Below the pieces are notes generated by a model that saw nothing but the letters and a program-made list of their open reading frames with translations, was not told where the DNA came from and searched no databases. Made by a program: the position numbers and the translations under genes. 20,000 bases of DNA from Deltaproteobacteria bacterium (GTDB taxonomy: Bacteria > JAGRBM01 > JAHCIT01). Below, piece after piece: positions 1-8,972 of the stretch; position 1 is the stretch's first letter, and each line of letters opens with the position of its first letter. The stretch covers positions 44,887-64,886 of the forward strand of contig JAHCIT010000013.1 in the NCBI GenBank assembly GCA_026129095.1, given 5' to 3'.

Positions 1-270
1 AAACCCACTGGCCGGGACAAGACGACGCTCGTCTGTTCGGTGAAGGATGAACCCGGCATCCTGTTTCGGCTTCTGCAACCCGCCGCCCGTGCGAAGATCA
101 ATCTTTCCAAGATCGAGAGCCGGCCCTCGCGTACCCGCAAATGGGAATCGGTCTTTTTCTTCGACCTGATGGGCCACGCCCATGACCCGAAGGTGTCCCG
201 CGTACTTTCCCAGATGCGCGCCTGCTGCCAGCTCTTCCGGGTGCTGGGCAGTTATCCCGCTGCCCGGTAG
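1..270 (+). CDS. pheA: Prephenate dehydratase (P-protein), C-terminal ACT domain; 5'-truncated by the window edge
   Basis: Frame is open from base 1: KPTGRDKTTLV..DEPGIL..INLSKIESRPS..W..FFFD..GH..LGSYP, the PDT ACT-domain signature. Lies upstream of hisC-tyrA-aroA-cmk. Confidence 0.95.
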   Translation, partial: KPTGRDKTTLVCSVKDEPGILFRLLQPAARAKINLSKIESRPSRTRKWESVFFFDLMGHAHDPKVSRVLSQMRACCQLFRVLGSYPAAR

Positions 271-361
271 GTGGAGAATGCCACCCGTTTGCCCCACCGG
301 TACCCCCGTGCTACGCGAGGCTGCCCGGAGGGGCGCCTCCCCGCCGCGGGGCGATATATCC

Positions 362-1465
362 GTGATCGAAATTCCCAAAAATATCAGTGAGTTGTTGCCC
401 TACGTTCCAGGCAAGCCGGTCGAGGAACTGGAACGCGAACTGGGCCTCCAGGAGATCATCAAGCTGGCCTCCAATGAGAACCCCCTGGGGGGTTCACCCA
501 AGGGGGTGGAAGCTGCCCGGCGGGCGCTGGAATCGGTTCAGCTTTACCCGGACGGTTCGGGCTACCGGCTGAAGCAGAAACTGGCAACCCTTCATCAGGT
601 TGCGCCGGAACAGATCGTCCTGGGGAACGGCTCCAATGACGTTATCGAAATCGCCGCCCGGACGCTGCTCACCCCCGGCACGACAGCGGTCATGTTCCGC
701 CATGCCTTTGTCGTCTATCCGCTGGTGACCGGGGCTGCCGGTGCCGGACTGATTGAGGTTCCGGTCGAAGATCGAGGCGGTTTCCGGCAGGAGATGGACC
801 GGCTTTTGGCGGCGATCCGGCCGGACACGCGGATCGTTTTTCTGGCAAATCCCAACAACCCGACCGGTTCAATGGTGGGCCGGACGGACTTCGATGCTTT
901 CGTGGCGAAACTGCCGCCTCACGTGCTGCTGCTCGTCGATGAGGCATATGCCGAATACGTCACCGATTCCGACTACCCCGATCCCTGGCCGCTGGTCCGG
1001 TCTGGCTGCGAAAACATCCTCGTGACGCGGACGTTTTCCAAGATATACGGACTCGCGGGTCTCAGGGCGGGCTATGGCGTGACCAGCGCAAGACTCGCCG
1101 GATTTCTGGAGCGGGTCCGGCAGCCGTTCAACGTAAACTCCTGCGCACTGGCGGCCGCCGAGGCTGCCCTGGACGATACGGGGTTTGTGCGCCGCTCCCG
1201 TGACCTCAATACCCGCGGGCTCCAGATGCTCCGCGACGGATGCAAGCGGCTGGGGCTGGAAGCCACGCCTTCATGGGCCAATTTCGTGCTGGTCCGTATT
1301 CCCCGCCCGCCGAAAGCCGTGTATGAGGCGATGCTGAGGGAAGGGGTGATCGTCCGGCCCGTGGGGGTCTACGGACTGGACGAACATCTCCGGATCAGCG
1401 TGGGCGAAGCGGACCAGAATATCCGCTGCCTGAAGGTTCTCGAAGAGGTGCTGAAGCGTGTTTGA
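362..1465 (+). CDS. hisC: Histidinol-phosphate/aromatic aminotransferase (PLP, class I/II), about 367 aa
   Basis: YVPGKP, KLASNENPLG, GNGSND, NPNNPTG, DEAY and RTFSKIYGLAGLR (PLP Lys) motifs. Start placed at GTG 362 because homology begins there; the ORF-track extension from 182 overlaps pheA. Confidence 0.93.
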   Translation: MIEIPKNISELLPYVPGKPVEELERELGLQEIIKLASNENPLGGSPKGVEAARRALESVQLYPDGSGYRLKQKLATLHQVAPEQIVLGNGSNDVIEIAARTLLTPGTTAVMFRHAFVVYPLVTGAAGAGLIEVPVEDRGGFRQEMDRLLAAIRPDTRIVFLANPNNPTGSMVGRTDFDAFVAKLPPHVLLLVDEAYAEYVTDSDYPDPWPLVRSGCENILVTRTFSKIYGLAGLRAGYGVTSARLAGFLERVRQPFNVNSCALAAAEAALDDTGFVRRSRDLNTRGLQMLRDGCKRLGLEATPSWANFVLVRIPRPPKAVYEAMLREGVIVRPVGVYGLDEHLRISVGEADQNIRCLKVLEEVLKRV

Positions 1466-2321
1466 ACGGGCGCTCATCGTGGGCGTGGGCCTCATGGGCG
1501 GATCGCTGGGGATGGCGATTCGCCGCAAGGGTCTGGCGAAGACCGTCGTGGGGCTGGGCCGTTCAGCCGACAAGCTCAGGCGCGCGAAGGAACTGGGCGC
1601 CATCGACGAATACGGAACCGGGATCGGAGACGTGGCCGACGGCTGCGATCTCGTCGTCATGTGCACACCGGTTGAACTGATACCCGATCTTGCCTTCGAT
1701 GTGGCGGGCGACCGCGTGTTCCCTGGCTGCGTCTTTACCGATGTGGGCTCGGTAAAGGGGAACCTGTGCGCGTATCTCGACAAGCGGATGCCCGCGCACA
1801 CCCCGTTCGTGGGTTCGCACCCGATCGCCGGGGCGGCCGAGGCGGGCGTCGAACATGCCCGGGCTGATCTCTATGACGGCCACGTCTGCATCATCACGCC
1901 GACACCCGCCACCGACGCCGCCGCCAAGTCGAAGATTACCGATTTCTGGAAGCGGATCGGCATGCGGGTCGAGGAGATGAGTCCGGCCGAGCACGACGCC
2001 GTGCTGGCCTCGATCAGCCACCTGCCGCACATGATCGCCTATGCACTGTTCGATGCCGCCCTGGAAGCCGATAAAATACGTGCGGGCGCGCTCCAGATGG
2101 CGGCCGGGGGCCTCAAGGACACCACCCGGATCGCCCAGAGCCCCGGCGCCCTGTGGGCAAGGCTGCTCACCGAGAACCGTGATGAGGTGATGAAATCCCT
2201 TGGACGGTTCGAGCAATCGCTGGGGGAAATCCGCAGGCTCGTGGAGGCCGGAGATATCGGCGCCCTCTCGGCCCATCTGGAGCAGATCGCTGCCAGCCGC
2301 CGCAAGCTGGGGTCGTCATGA
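1458..2321 (+). CDS. tyrA: Prephenate/arogenate (cyclohexadienyl) dehydrogenase
   Basis: GVGLMGGS Rossmann motif, TDVGSVK, GSHPIAG, HD..LA.ISHLPH, DTTRIA. Overlaps the hisC stop. Confidence 0.93.
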   Translation: MFERALIVGVGLMGGSLGMAIRRKGLAKTVVGLGRSADKLRRAKELGAIDEYGTGIGDVADGCDLVVMCTPVELIPDLAFDVAGDRVFPGCVFTDVGSVKGNLCAYLDKRMPAHTPFVGSHPIAGAAEAGVEHARADLYDGHVCIITPTPATDAAAKSKITDFWKRIGMRVEEMSPAEHDAVLASISHLPHMIAYALFDAALEADKIRAGALQMAAGGLKDTTRIAQSPGALWARLLTENRDEVMKSLGRFEQSLGEIRRLVEAGDIGALSAHLEQIAASRRKLGSS

Positions 2322-3628
2322 GCTCGGTCACGCTCAAGCCGGTATCGAAGGTCCGCGGCGAAATCGCGCTGCCAGGGGACAAGTCGGTTTCCCACCGGTC
2401 GATGATGTTCGGTTCGCTGGCCGACGGGGTGACCGAGGTGGATAATTTCCTCGAATCCGAGGACTGCATTGCCACCCGTCGAGCCTTTGAGCTCATGGGA
2501 GTGCGGATTGAAACCCCCGGTCCCGGCCGCGTGACGGTGCATGGAGCCGGCGTTGATGGCTTGAGAGAACCAGCCCAGACCATTGACGTGGGAAACTCCG
2601 GGACGTCGATCCGGCTGCTTACCGGAATACTCGCCGGGCAGCATTTCCGCTCACGCCTCGATGGCGATGTGTCGATCCGCCGCCGTCCGATGAAGCGGGT
2701 TGTTGAGCCCCTGAGAAAAATGGGCGCCATCATCACGGGGGAAAACGACGGCCAGAATGCACCGCTTGTGGTCGGCCCCCTGCCGGCGGGAGTCAGCCTC
2801 ACCGGTATCGACCATGTTTCTTCAGTTGCGAGCGCGCAGGTGAAATCCGCGATTCTGCTTGCGGGGCTTTTTGCCAGTGGTGTTACCAGCGTGAGCGAGC
2901 CGGCGGTTTCACGGGACCATACCGAAAGGATGTTTGCCCACTTCGGGGTCAAGCTGAAGCGTTCGGGGAAAAAGGTCTCCATTGCCGGAGGGCAGCGGCT
3001 TAAGGCCGCCCCGGTGACGGTGCCGGGGGACATATCTTCGGCCGCCTTTTTCCTGGTGGCGGGGCTTCTCGCAGGCGAGGGGGAACTGGTGCTGAAGAAC
3101 GTCGGTGTGAACCCGACGCGCGACGGGATCCTGGCGGCACTGGAACGCATGGGCGCCCTGATCGAACGGCTGGACGAGCGGGTCCAGTGCGGAGAGCCGG
3201 TAGCCACCCTGAGGGTCCGTCCGGCAAAGCTCAAGGATGCACAGATCGGCGGCGCGCTCATTCCCCGCCTGATCGACGAGGTGCCGGCGCTGGCCGTGGC
3301 GGCAGCCTTCGCTCATGGCCAGACGGTGATCAAGAATGCCGAGGAACTCCGGGTGAAGGAGTCCGACCGGATCGCCACGATGGCCGAAGGGCTGCGCGAG
3401 GCAGGCATCAAGGTCCAGGAGACGAACGAAGGGATGAAAATATTCGGCGATCCGTCGCACCGGGTGAAGGCTACCCGGTTCAAATCCCACGGCGATCACC
3501 GGGTGGCAATGAGCCTGTCGCTGCTCTCGCTGCGCGCCGATGAGCCGATCGAAATCGACGATACGGACTGCGTGGCCACCTCATTCCCCGGCTTCTTCCG
3601 GCTGTTCGGGGAGGTCACTTCTGCGTGA
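2318..3628 (+). CDS. aroA: 3-phosphoshikimate 1-carboxyvinyltransferase (EPSP synthase, class II motifs)
   Basis: PGDKSVSHR, GNSGT, SAQVKSA, RDHTE, NPTR, ELRVKESDR, DHRVAM. ATGA overlap with tyrA. Confidence 0.97.
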   Translation: MSSVTLKPVSKVRGEIALPGDKSVSHRSMMFGSLADGVTEVDNFLESEDCIATRRAFELMGVRIETPGPGRVTVHGAGVDGLREPAQTIDVGNSGTSIRLLTGILAGQHFRSRLDGDVSIRRRPMKRVVEPLRKMGAIITGENDGQNAPLVVGPLPAGVSLTGIDHVSSVASAQVKSAILLAGLFASGVTSVSEPAVSRDHTERMFAHFGVKLKRSGKKVSIAGGQRLKAAPVTVPGDISSAAFFLVAGLLAGEGELVLKNVGVNPTRDGILAALERMGALIERLDERVQCGEPVATLRVRPAKLKDAQIGGALIPRLIDEVPALAVAAAFAHGQTVIKNAEELRVKESDRIATMAEGLREAGIKVQETNEGMKIFGDPSHRVKATRFKSHGDHRVAMSLSLLSLRADEPIEIDDTDCVATSFPGFFRLFGEVTSA

Positions 3629-4290
3629 GCCGCCGCCCTGTGGTCGCCATCGACGGCCCCTCCGGTGCCGGAAAGAGCACGGTCAGCAAGGCGGTCGCCC
3701 GGCGGCTGGGGTATGTCTACATGGATACGGGCGCCATGTACCGGGCGGCTGCTCTGGCAGCGATCCGGGCCGGTGTGGATGTGGCCGATCCCGTGCAGGT
3801 AACGAAACTGGCCCCTGCTCTCGATATCCGTCTTGAGTCCGGACCAGACGGCCTTCGGACGATTCTGGGTGGAGAAGATGTGTCCAGCCTGATCCGGACC
3901 CCGGAAATCAGCATGGCAGCCTCCACAATCAGCAGGCACCAGCCGATTCGTGACCGCCTGACGGCTCTTCAGCGCCGGATGGGCGAAAAGGGCGGCCTTG
4001 TGTGCGAGGGGCGGGATATGGGGACAGTGGTGTTTCCCGACTCCCCGGCCAAGTTTTTCCTGTCAGCCTCTCTTGAAGAGCGGGCCCGCCGCCGTTTCCG
4101 CGAACTGAGGGAAAAGGGCGAATCCGTCACCCTGGAGGCAACGATTGAGGAAATGCGCCGCCGGGATGAGCAGGATTCCAGCCGGGACATCGCCCCGCTG
4201 AAGGTGGCCCCCGGTGCGGTCGAAATTGACTCCTCCAGCCTGACGGTGGATCAGGTCGTGGAAATCATTTTGCGACGGGTGGACGAGTAG
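3625..4290 (+). CDS. cmk: Cytidylate kinase
   Basis: AIDGPSGAGKST P-loop, DTGAMYRA, EGRDMGTVVFP, RD..D..R..APL. GTGA overlap with aroA. Confidence 0.97.
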   Translation: MSRRPVVAIDGPSGAGKSTVSKAVARRLGYVYMDTGAMYRAAALAAIRAGVDVADPVQVTKLAPALDIRLESGPDGLRTILGGEDVSSLIRTPEISMAASTISRHQPIRDRLTALQRRMGEKGGLVCEGRDMGTVVFPDSPAKFFLSASLEERARRRFRELREKGESVTLEATIEEMRRRDEQDSSRDIAPLKVAPGAVEIDSSSLTVDQVVEIILRRVDE

Positions 4291-4468
4291 CCTTCCTTCG
4301 GATAGAACCTTGGGGCCAGGAACCGGCCAGTCCCTTCAAACTGGCTCCGGTCCGGTCGCAAAGCCCGATAAGGGCAAATCCGAATGCCGGCCAGGAAATC
4401 CAGTTGAGAGTGCCCGGGGAGGCAGGGCCGCTCGCACTTGATTTCAGCGTCCTGGATAAGGTGATTAT

Positions 4469-4491
4469 GGAAGGGGCAGGAAGTCCCTTCC
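4469..4491 (+). promoter_or_regulatory. Stem-loop in the rpsA leader with an AGGAA loop
   Basis: GGAAGGGGC-AGGAA-GTCCCTTCC forms a 9-bp stem with one G-U pair. It is flanked by identical ATAAGGTG octamers at 4456-4463 and 4495-4502. Confidence 0.45.
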
Positions 4492-4518
4492 CGAATAAGG
4501 TGGTCAGTGTCAGTCGTT

Positions 4519-6336
4519 ATGTCAGCAGATGAGAAACGGTCACAGGGCAGCAGCGGTGGCGGAGACAGCTTCGCCGAACTGTTCGAAAAAAGTGTCGCAG
4601 CGGAGAGCATTCGTCCAGGCGAGGTCGTCACGGGGACGGTCGTGGCCGTTGACGGCGATGAAGTCATTATCGACATTGGATACAAGAGCGAGGGCCGTGT
4701 CCCGGTCTTCCAGTTCACCGATGATGGCGGCAAGGTCATTGTGCAGCCCGGCCACAAGATCCGGGTCATGGTCGAGGATCTCGAGGACCAGGGCGGATTC
4801 GTGCGCCTCTCGAAGGAGAAAGCCGATCGCCGCCGTATCTGGGATGAAATACAGGAGGCTTTTGAAAAGAACCTCGTGGTTGAAGGACGGATCACCGGAC
4901 GCGTGAAGGGCGGCCTCCAGGTCGACATCGGTGTGAAGGCATTCCTGCCCCAGTCGCAGGTGGATCTCCACAAGGTTCGCAACCTGGATCCGTATCTCAA
5001 CAGCAAGGAATCCCTGCGGTTCAAGATCATCAAGTGCAACAAGGCCCGCAACAATGTGGTGGTGTCCCGCCGTGATGTGCTCGAAGTAGAGCGCGAGGTG
5101 GAACGGAACCAGACCCTGAAAACCCTTGAGGTCGGCTCTACCATTACTGGCAAGGTGAAGAACCTCACCGACTACGGCGCATTCGTGGACCTGGGCGGAA
5201 TTGACGGTCTGCTGCACATTACCGACATGTCGTACGGCCGGCTCAACAACCCGGCTGAACGGGTGAAGGTCAACGAGGATGTGACCGTGAAGGTCCTCCG
5301 GATTGACCATGAAACCGACCGGGACGGCAAGGACCGTTACAAGGTAGCACTCGGTCTCAAGCAACTGGAGCCCGATCCCTGGTCGGACGTGGATTACCGG
5401 TTCCCCATTGGGACCAAGGTCAAGGGCAAGGTGGTTTCCGTGGTGGATTACGGAGCCTTCGTCGAAATCGTCGAAGGAGTCGAGGGTCTCGTCCATTTCT
5501 CCGAGATGACATGGTCGAAGAAGGCCAAGCACCAGCATCCGTCCAAATTCATCAAGGTCGGAGCCGAGGTCGAGGCCGTCATCCTGTCCATTGACAAGAA
5601 CAGCCGGCGCATTTCGCTCGGCATGAAGCAGCTTCTCAAGAATCCGTGGGAAGAACTGGCCACAACGCACCCGGTGGGTTCGATCATCGAGGGCAAGGTC
5701 AAGTCCATTACCGACTTCGGCATCTTCGTCGAGCTGAACGACGAAGTGGACGGTCTTGTCCATGTGTCGGATATCTCGTGGACCAAGAAGGTGAAGAATC
5801 CGGCGGAGATGTTTACCAAGGATGAGGTCATCAAGGCCAAGATCCAGTCCATCGACGTGGACAACGAAAAAGTATCCCTGTCGATCAAGCATCTGGAGTC
5901 CGACCCGTGGGGAGATTTCAAGTCCCAGTACCGGCGCGGGTCCATCATCGAAGGCGTGGTGAAGTCGATCGCCGATTTTGGCGCGTTCGTCGAGATTGTC
6001 GAGGGAGTCGAGGGTCTCATCCGGACCAACGAGATATCAACCGAGCCGGTCCGTAATGCCGGCGAAGTGGTGAAGATCGGCGACAAGATCCGCGCTGAAA
6101 TCACTTCCATTGATGATAACGAGCGCAAGGTTGGCCTGTCGGTCCGCCAGATGGAGATGAACGCCACCAAGGCTGACATCAAGAAGTTCATCGAGACTCA
6201 GGGCAAGGCAAGGGCCAGTCTCGGCGACATTCTCGCCGATCGCATCGCCGAAAAGGCGGCTGCCAGCCAGCCCGCTACGGAAGCTGCTGCGGCCGAACCG
6301 GAAGCTTCCGGCAGCGGCAAAGAGAGCAAGGAATAG
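4519..6336 (+). CDS. rpsA: 30S ribosomal protein S1 (six S1 domains plus Ala/Glu-rich tail), about 605 aa
   Basis: DIGYKSEG, AFLPQSQVD, and repeated DYGAFVDLGGIDGLLHITD / DYGAFVEIVEGVEGLVH / DFGIFVEL..VDGLVHVSD / DFGAFVEI motifs. Follows cmk. The start could alternatively be GTG 4507. Confidence 0.97.
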   Translation: MSADEKRSQGSSGGGDSFAELFEKSVAAESIRPGEVVTGTVVAVDGDEVIIDIGYKSEGRVPVFQFTDDGGKVIVQPGHKIRVMVEDLEDQGGFVRLSKEKADRRRIWDEIQEAFEKNLVVEGRITGRVKGGLQVDIGVKAFLPQSQVDLHKVRNLDPYLNSKESLRFKIIKCNKARNNVVVSRRDVLEVEREVERNQTLKTLEVGSTITGKVKNLTDYGAFVDLGGIDGLLHITDMSYGRLNNPAERVKVNEDVTVKVLRIDHETDRDGKDRYKVALGLKQLEPDPWSDVDYRFPIGTKVKGKVVSVVDYGAFVEIVEGVEGLVHFSEMTWSKKAKHQHPSKFIKVGAEVEAVILSIDKNSRRISLGMKQLLKNPWEELATTHPVGSIIEGKVKSITDFGIFVELNDEVDGLVHVSDISWTKKVKNPAEMFTKDEVIKAKIQSIDVDNEKVSLSIKHLESDPWGDFKSQYRRGSIIEGVVKSIADFGAFVEIVEGVEGLIRTNEISTEPVRNAGEVVKIGDKIRAEITSIDDNERKVGLSVRQMEMNATKADIKKFIETQGKARASLGDILADRIAEKAAASQPATEAAAAEPEASGSGKESKE

Positions 6337-6342
6337 GAAGCA

Positions 6343-6378
6343 GCAGCGGGCCGTTCACTACCGGCCCGCTGCCATTTT
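6343..6378 (+). terminator. GC-rich hairpin after rpsA (weak intrinsic terminator or mRNA-stabilising stem)
   Basis: GCAGCGGGCCG-ttcactac-CGGCCCGCTGC is a perfect 11-bp stem (6343-6372), followed only by CATTTT. Confidence 0.6.
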
Positions 6379-6390
6379 GGAGAGCCGGCA

Positions 6391-7347
6391 TTGGCGAGCA
6401 AGACCTCACGGGCCGTCTGGATCATTGTCGGCACAACGCTCGTCCTGGTGCTGGTCATCCTTACTGGAAGCCTGTTCTCCCCTTCCGATTCGTCCGGTCC
6501 GGCGTCAGCCATGCTCCGGGGCCGGGCGTCGGGATCGGTCGCGGTGGTGCCCATTGAAGGCCCGATTTTCAATGCCCGTCCGGTCATCAAGCAGCTCCAC
6601 GCAAGGAGCGAAGACAAGTCCATCAAGGCGCTCGTAGTCCGCGTGGACAGTCCCGGCGGGGGCGTGGTGCCAAGCCAGGAGATTTACAACAAGATCCGGC
6701 GCATACGGGAGGGCGGAAAGCCCGTCGTCGTGTCGTTCGGATCGACGGCGGCCTCCGGGGGATACTATGTCGCTTCGGCCGCCGACTGGATCGTGTCCAA
6801 CCCCGGTACGATCACCGGCTCCATAGGTGTGCTGATCGAGACGGCGAAATTCCACAAACTGCTGGCCAAGATTGGCGTTGAATCGGTGGTTATCAAGAAC
6901 TCAAAAGGCACATTCAAGGATATCCTGAATCCGGCACGGGACATGACTGGCGAAGAGGAAAGGCTGCTCAAGTCGCTCCTGGATTCCACTTTTGACCAGT
7001 TCGTTGATGCCATCGTCGAAGGTCGTAAAATGGACCGGGCAGAGGTGCTGGCGGTGGCTGACGGGCGGATATTTACTGGTGTGCAGGCTGCGGCGGCGGG
7101 CCTGGTGGATCAGGTCGGTGATCTCGACGCCGCCATCGCCAAGGCCGGGGAACTGGCAAAGCTCGGTCCAGACCCGCATGTCATTTACCCGCGCCGCCCC
7201 AAGCCGACGATTTTCAACCTGTTTCCCGATCAGGATGACGAATGGTCTGGTCCTGACGAGACGCCGTTTCTGGGCAAGCTCCTCGGACGGCAGATCGCCC
7301 AGCATCTCGAATTCAACGGTCTTCTTTTCTACCTGATGCCCCGGTAA
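6391..7347 (+). CDS. sppA: Signal peptide peptidase SppA, 36K type (peptidase S49)
   Basis: N-terminal TM anchor; VDSPGG, AASGGYY (catalytic Ser), TITGSIGV, ADGRIFTG..A...GLVD. TTG start with GGAGAG upstream. Confidence 0.93.
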   Translation: MASKTSRAVWIIVGTTLVLVLVILTGSLFSPSDSSGPASAMLRGRASGSVAVVPIEGPIFNARPVIKQLHARSEDKSIKALVVRVDSPGGGVVPSQEIYNKIRRIREGGKPVVVSFGSTAASGGYYVASAADWIVSNPGTITGSIGVLIETAKFHKLLAKIGVESVVIKNSKGTFKDILNPARDMTGEEERLLKSLLDSTFDQFVDAIVEGRKMDRAEVLAVADGRIFTGVQAAAAGLVDQVGDLDAAIAKAGELAKLGPDPHVIYPRRPKPTIFNLFPDQDDEWSGPDETPFLGKLLGRQIAQHLEFNGLLFYLMPR

Positions 7348-7371
7348 GCCGTTTGGGCAGGGAGTGATCCC

Positions 7372-8004
7372 GTGGCTGGCAAGCGCAACAAGCAGGTTTC
7401 CGGACGGGCAAGGACGAAGACGCACCGCGCTTCCTCCAGGAAGCCGGGTGGCAGCAGGCTCCGGATGCGGGGCGTGGACCTGCAGCCGGAATCACCACGG
7501 ACACGCGCAAGACTCTGGGCTCCCTGGCGGATGGACTATATCAAGGGACACGCCACGAATGGTCCTGCCTTCCAGGGGTGTGTGCTCTGTGAGCTGCTCA
7601 GGATGGATGATGGAGACGGGAACCTCGTTCTCTGCCGGACCGGAAATGCCTACGTGGTGATGAACCGGTATCCTTACACGAACGGGCACCTCATGGTGGT
7701 TCCTCGCCGCCATACGAGCGATTTCACATCGCTGACCGCGGAGGAAACGGCAGGCCTGATGGAGCTTATCCAGAAGTCAGTGGCCGCCCTCCAGCAGTCG
7801 ATCCGGGCACAGGGGTTCAATGTCGGCATGAATATCGGCCGGATTGCCGGGGCCGGAATCGATGAACACCTGCACTTCCACGTTGTGCCGCGCTGGAACG
7901 GTGATACCAACTTCATGCCGGTTCTGGCTGACGTGAACCTGGTGAATGACCATCTTGTGCCCAGCTATCGCCTGATCCGGGAAACGATGAAGAAGCTGGG
8001 GTAG
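7372..8004 (+). CDS. HIT-family diadenosine polyphosphate hydrolase/phosphorylase-like protein
   Basis: LWAPWRMDYI, CVLC, MNRYPYTNGHLMVVP, GFNVGMNIG..AGAGI, HLHFHVVPRW.GDTNFM (HxHxH triad). Start is uncertain (GTG 7372 or ATG 7465). Confidence 0.9.
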   Translation: MAGKRNKQVSGRARTKTHRASSRKPGGSRLRMRGVDLQPESPRTRARLWAPWRMDYIKGHATNGPAFQGCVLCELLRMDDGDGNLVLCRTGNAYVVMNRYPYTNGHLMVVPRRHTSDFTSLTAEETAGLMELIQKSVAALQQSIRAQGFNVGMNIGRIAGAGIDEHLHFHVVPRWNGDTNFMPVLADVNLVNDHLVPSYRLIRETMKKLG

Positions 8005-8011
8005 GGCAGTC

Positions 8012-8962
8012 CTATTTCGGCGACGGAACAGTCTTGATCAGTTCGTCCAGTACGAGATCTGCCGGTTTCTGGCGGGGATCTTTGGCGATGATCCGGTGGA
8101 GCATCACTGGCTTGGCGACTGTCTGAACATCCTCGGGGATGACAAACCCCCGTCCCCGGACAAGCGCCAGCGCCTGCGCCGCCCGTTTGAGTGCCAATGA
8201 GCCACGGGGCGACATACCCTGTGTGAACCGGGCATCCGCGCGGGTCGCTCCGGACAGCCGTACGATGTAATCAAGCACCGTTTCCTCAACCCGGACAGCC
8301 GCGGCTGCAGCCTGTAAATCTGACATCGCATTCACACCGAGTACTGGCTTCAGGCTCGACCACTCGGGGTGACCCAGCGTTTCGCGCAGGATGTCGCGTT
8401 CTTCGGCTTCTGCCGGGTAACCCATGGAAAGCCTCATCAGGAACCTGTCGAGCTGGCTTTCCGGAAGGGGGAACGTGCCGTGCGGCTCGTGAGGGTTCTG
8501 GGTGGCGATGACAAAGAATGGCTGGGGAAGCTTCAGCGTTTCGTTTTCGATGGAAACTTGCCCTTCGCTCATGGCCTCCAGCAGGGCCGACTGCGTTTTG
8601 GGTGAAGCACGGTTGATCTCGTCAGCCAGAATGATGTGGTGGAAAATCGGACCTGGTACCAGCTCGAACCGGCGATCGGACTCCTTCCAGATTGACACCC
8701 CCAGGATATCGGATGGCAGGAGATCGCTGGTGAACTGGATACGGCGGAAACTGGCATCGAGGCTCCGGGCGAGGGCCTGTGCGAGCGTTGTTTTCCCAAC
8801 ACCTGGGAGATCTTCCAGGAGGACGTGCCCTTGGGCGAGCAGGGCGGCTACGACCAGCTCGATTATCTCGTCCTTGCCCCGGATCATGCGGCCGATGGAC
8901 GACCTGAGCGCCTGTATCTGCTGGACGGCCGGGGATGGAGAGGTTTGCGTGGCGGGCTGCAT
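8012..8962 (-). CDS. moxR: MoxR-family AAA+ ATPase
   Basis: GHVLLEDLPGVGKT (Walker A), RIQFTSDLLPSD, ILADEINRASPKTQSALLEAM (Walker B), ATQNP, GTFPLPESQLDRF, SPRG. Confidence 0.93.
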   Translation of the reverse strand: MQPATQTSPSPAVQQIQALRSSIGRMIRGKDEIIELVVAALLAQGHVLLEDLPGVGKTTLAQALARSLDASFRRIQFTSDLLPSDILGVSIWKESDRRFELVPGPIFHHIILADEINRASPKTQSALLEAMSEGQVSIENETLKLPQPFFVIATQNPHEPHGTFPLPESQLDRFLMRLSMGYPAEAEERDILRETLGHPEWSSLKPVLGVNAMSDLQAAAAAVRVEETVLDYIVRLSGATRADARFTQGMSPRGSLALKRAAQALALVRGRGFVIPEDVQTVAKPVMLHRIIAKDPRQKPADLVLDELIKTVPSPK

Positions 8963-8972
8963 CGATGATCCC

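Noticed and set aside
182-361. Upstream extension of hisC, and similar extensions at 9809, 10933, 15320, 15895 and 19217
   Set aside because: They overlap neighbouring genes or lack homology. Downstream starts have an SD, stop-start coupling or a better fit to family N-termini.
4335-4400. Resemblance to a c-di-GMP-I (GEMM) riboswitch: CAAAC...CGCAAAGCC
   Set aside because: No GNRA tetraloop in the would-be P2, no tetraloop receptor or P3, and an unlikely context upstream of rpsA. An Infernal scan against the Rfam c-di-GMP-I model would settle it.
4540-5892. 450-aa antisense ORF inside rpsA (also 4251..5168 and 5448..6191)
   Set aside because: Shadow ORFs arising from codon bias in a GC-rich, highly expressed gene; no motifs.
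5130-6150. Repeated DNA segments such as GTCGAAGGAGTCGAGGGTCTC / GTCGAGGGAGTCGAGGGTCTC
   Set aside because: Explained by the tandem S1 domains of RpsA; not a CRISPR or mobile repeat.
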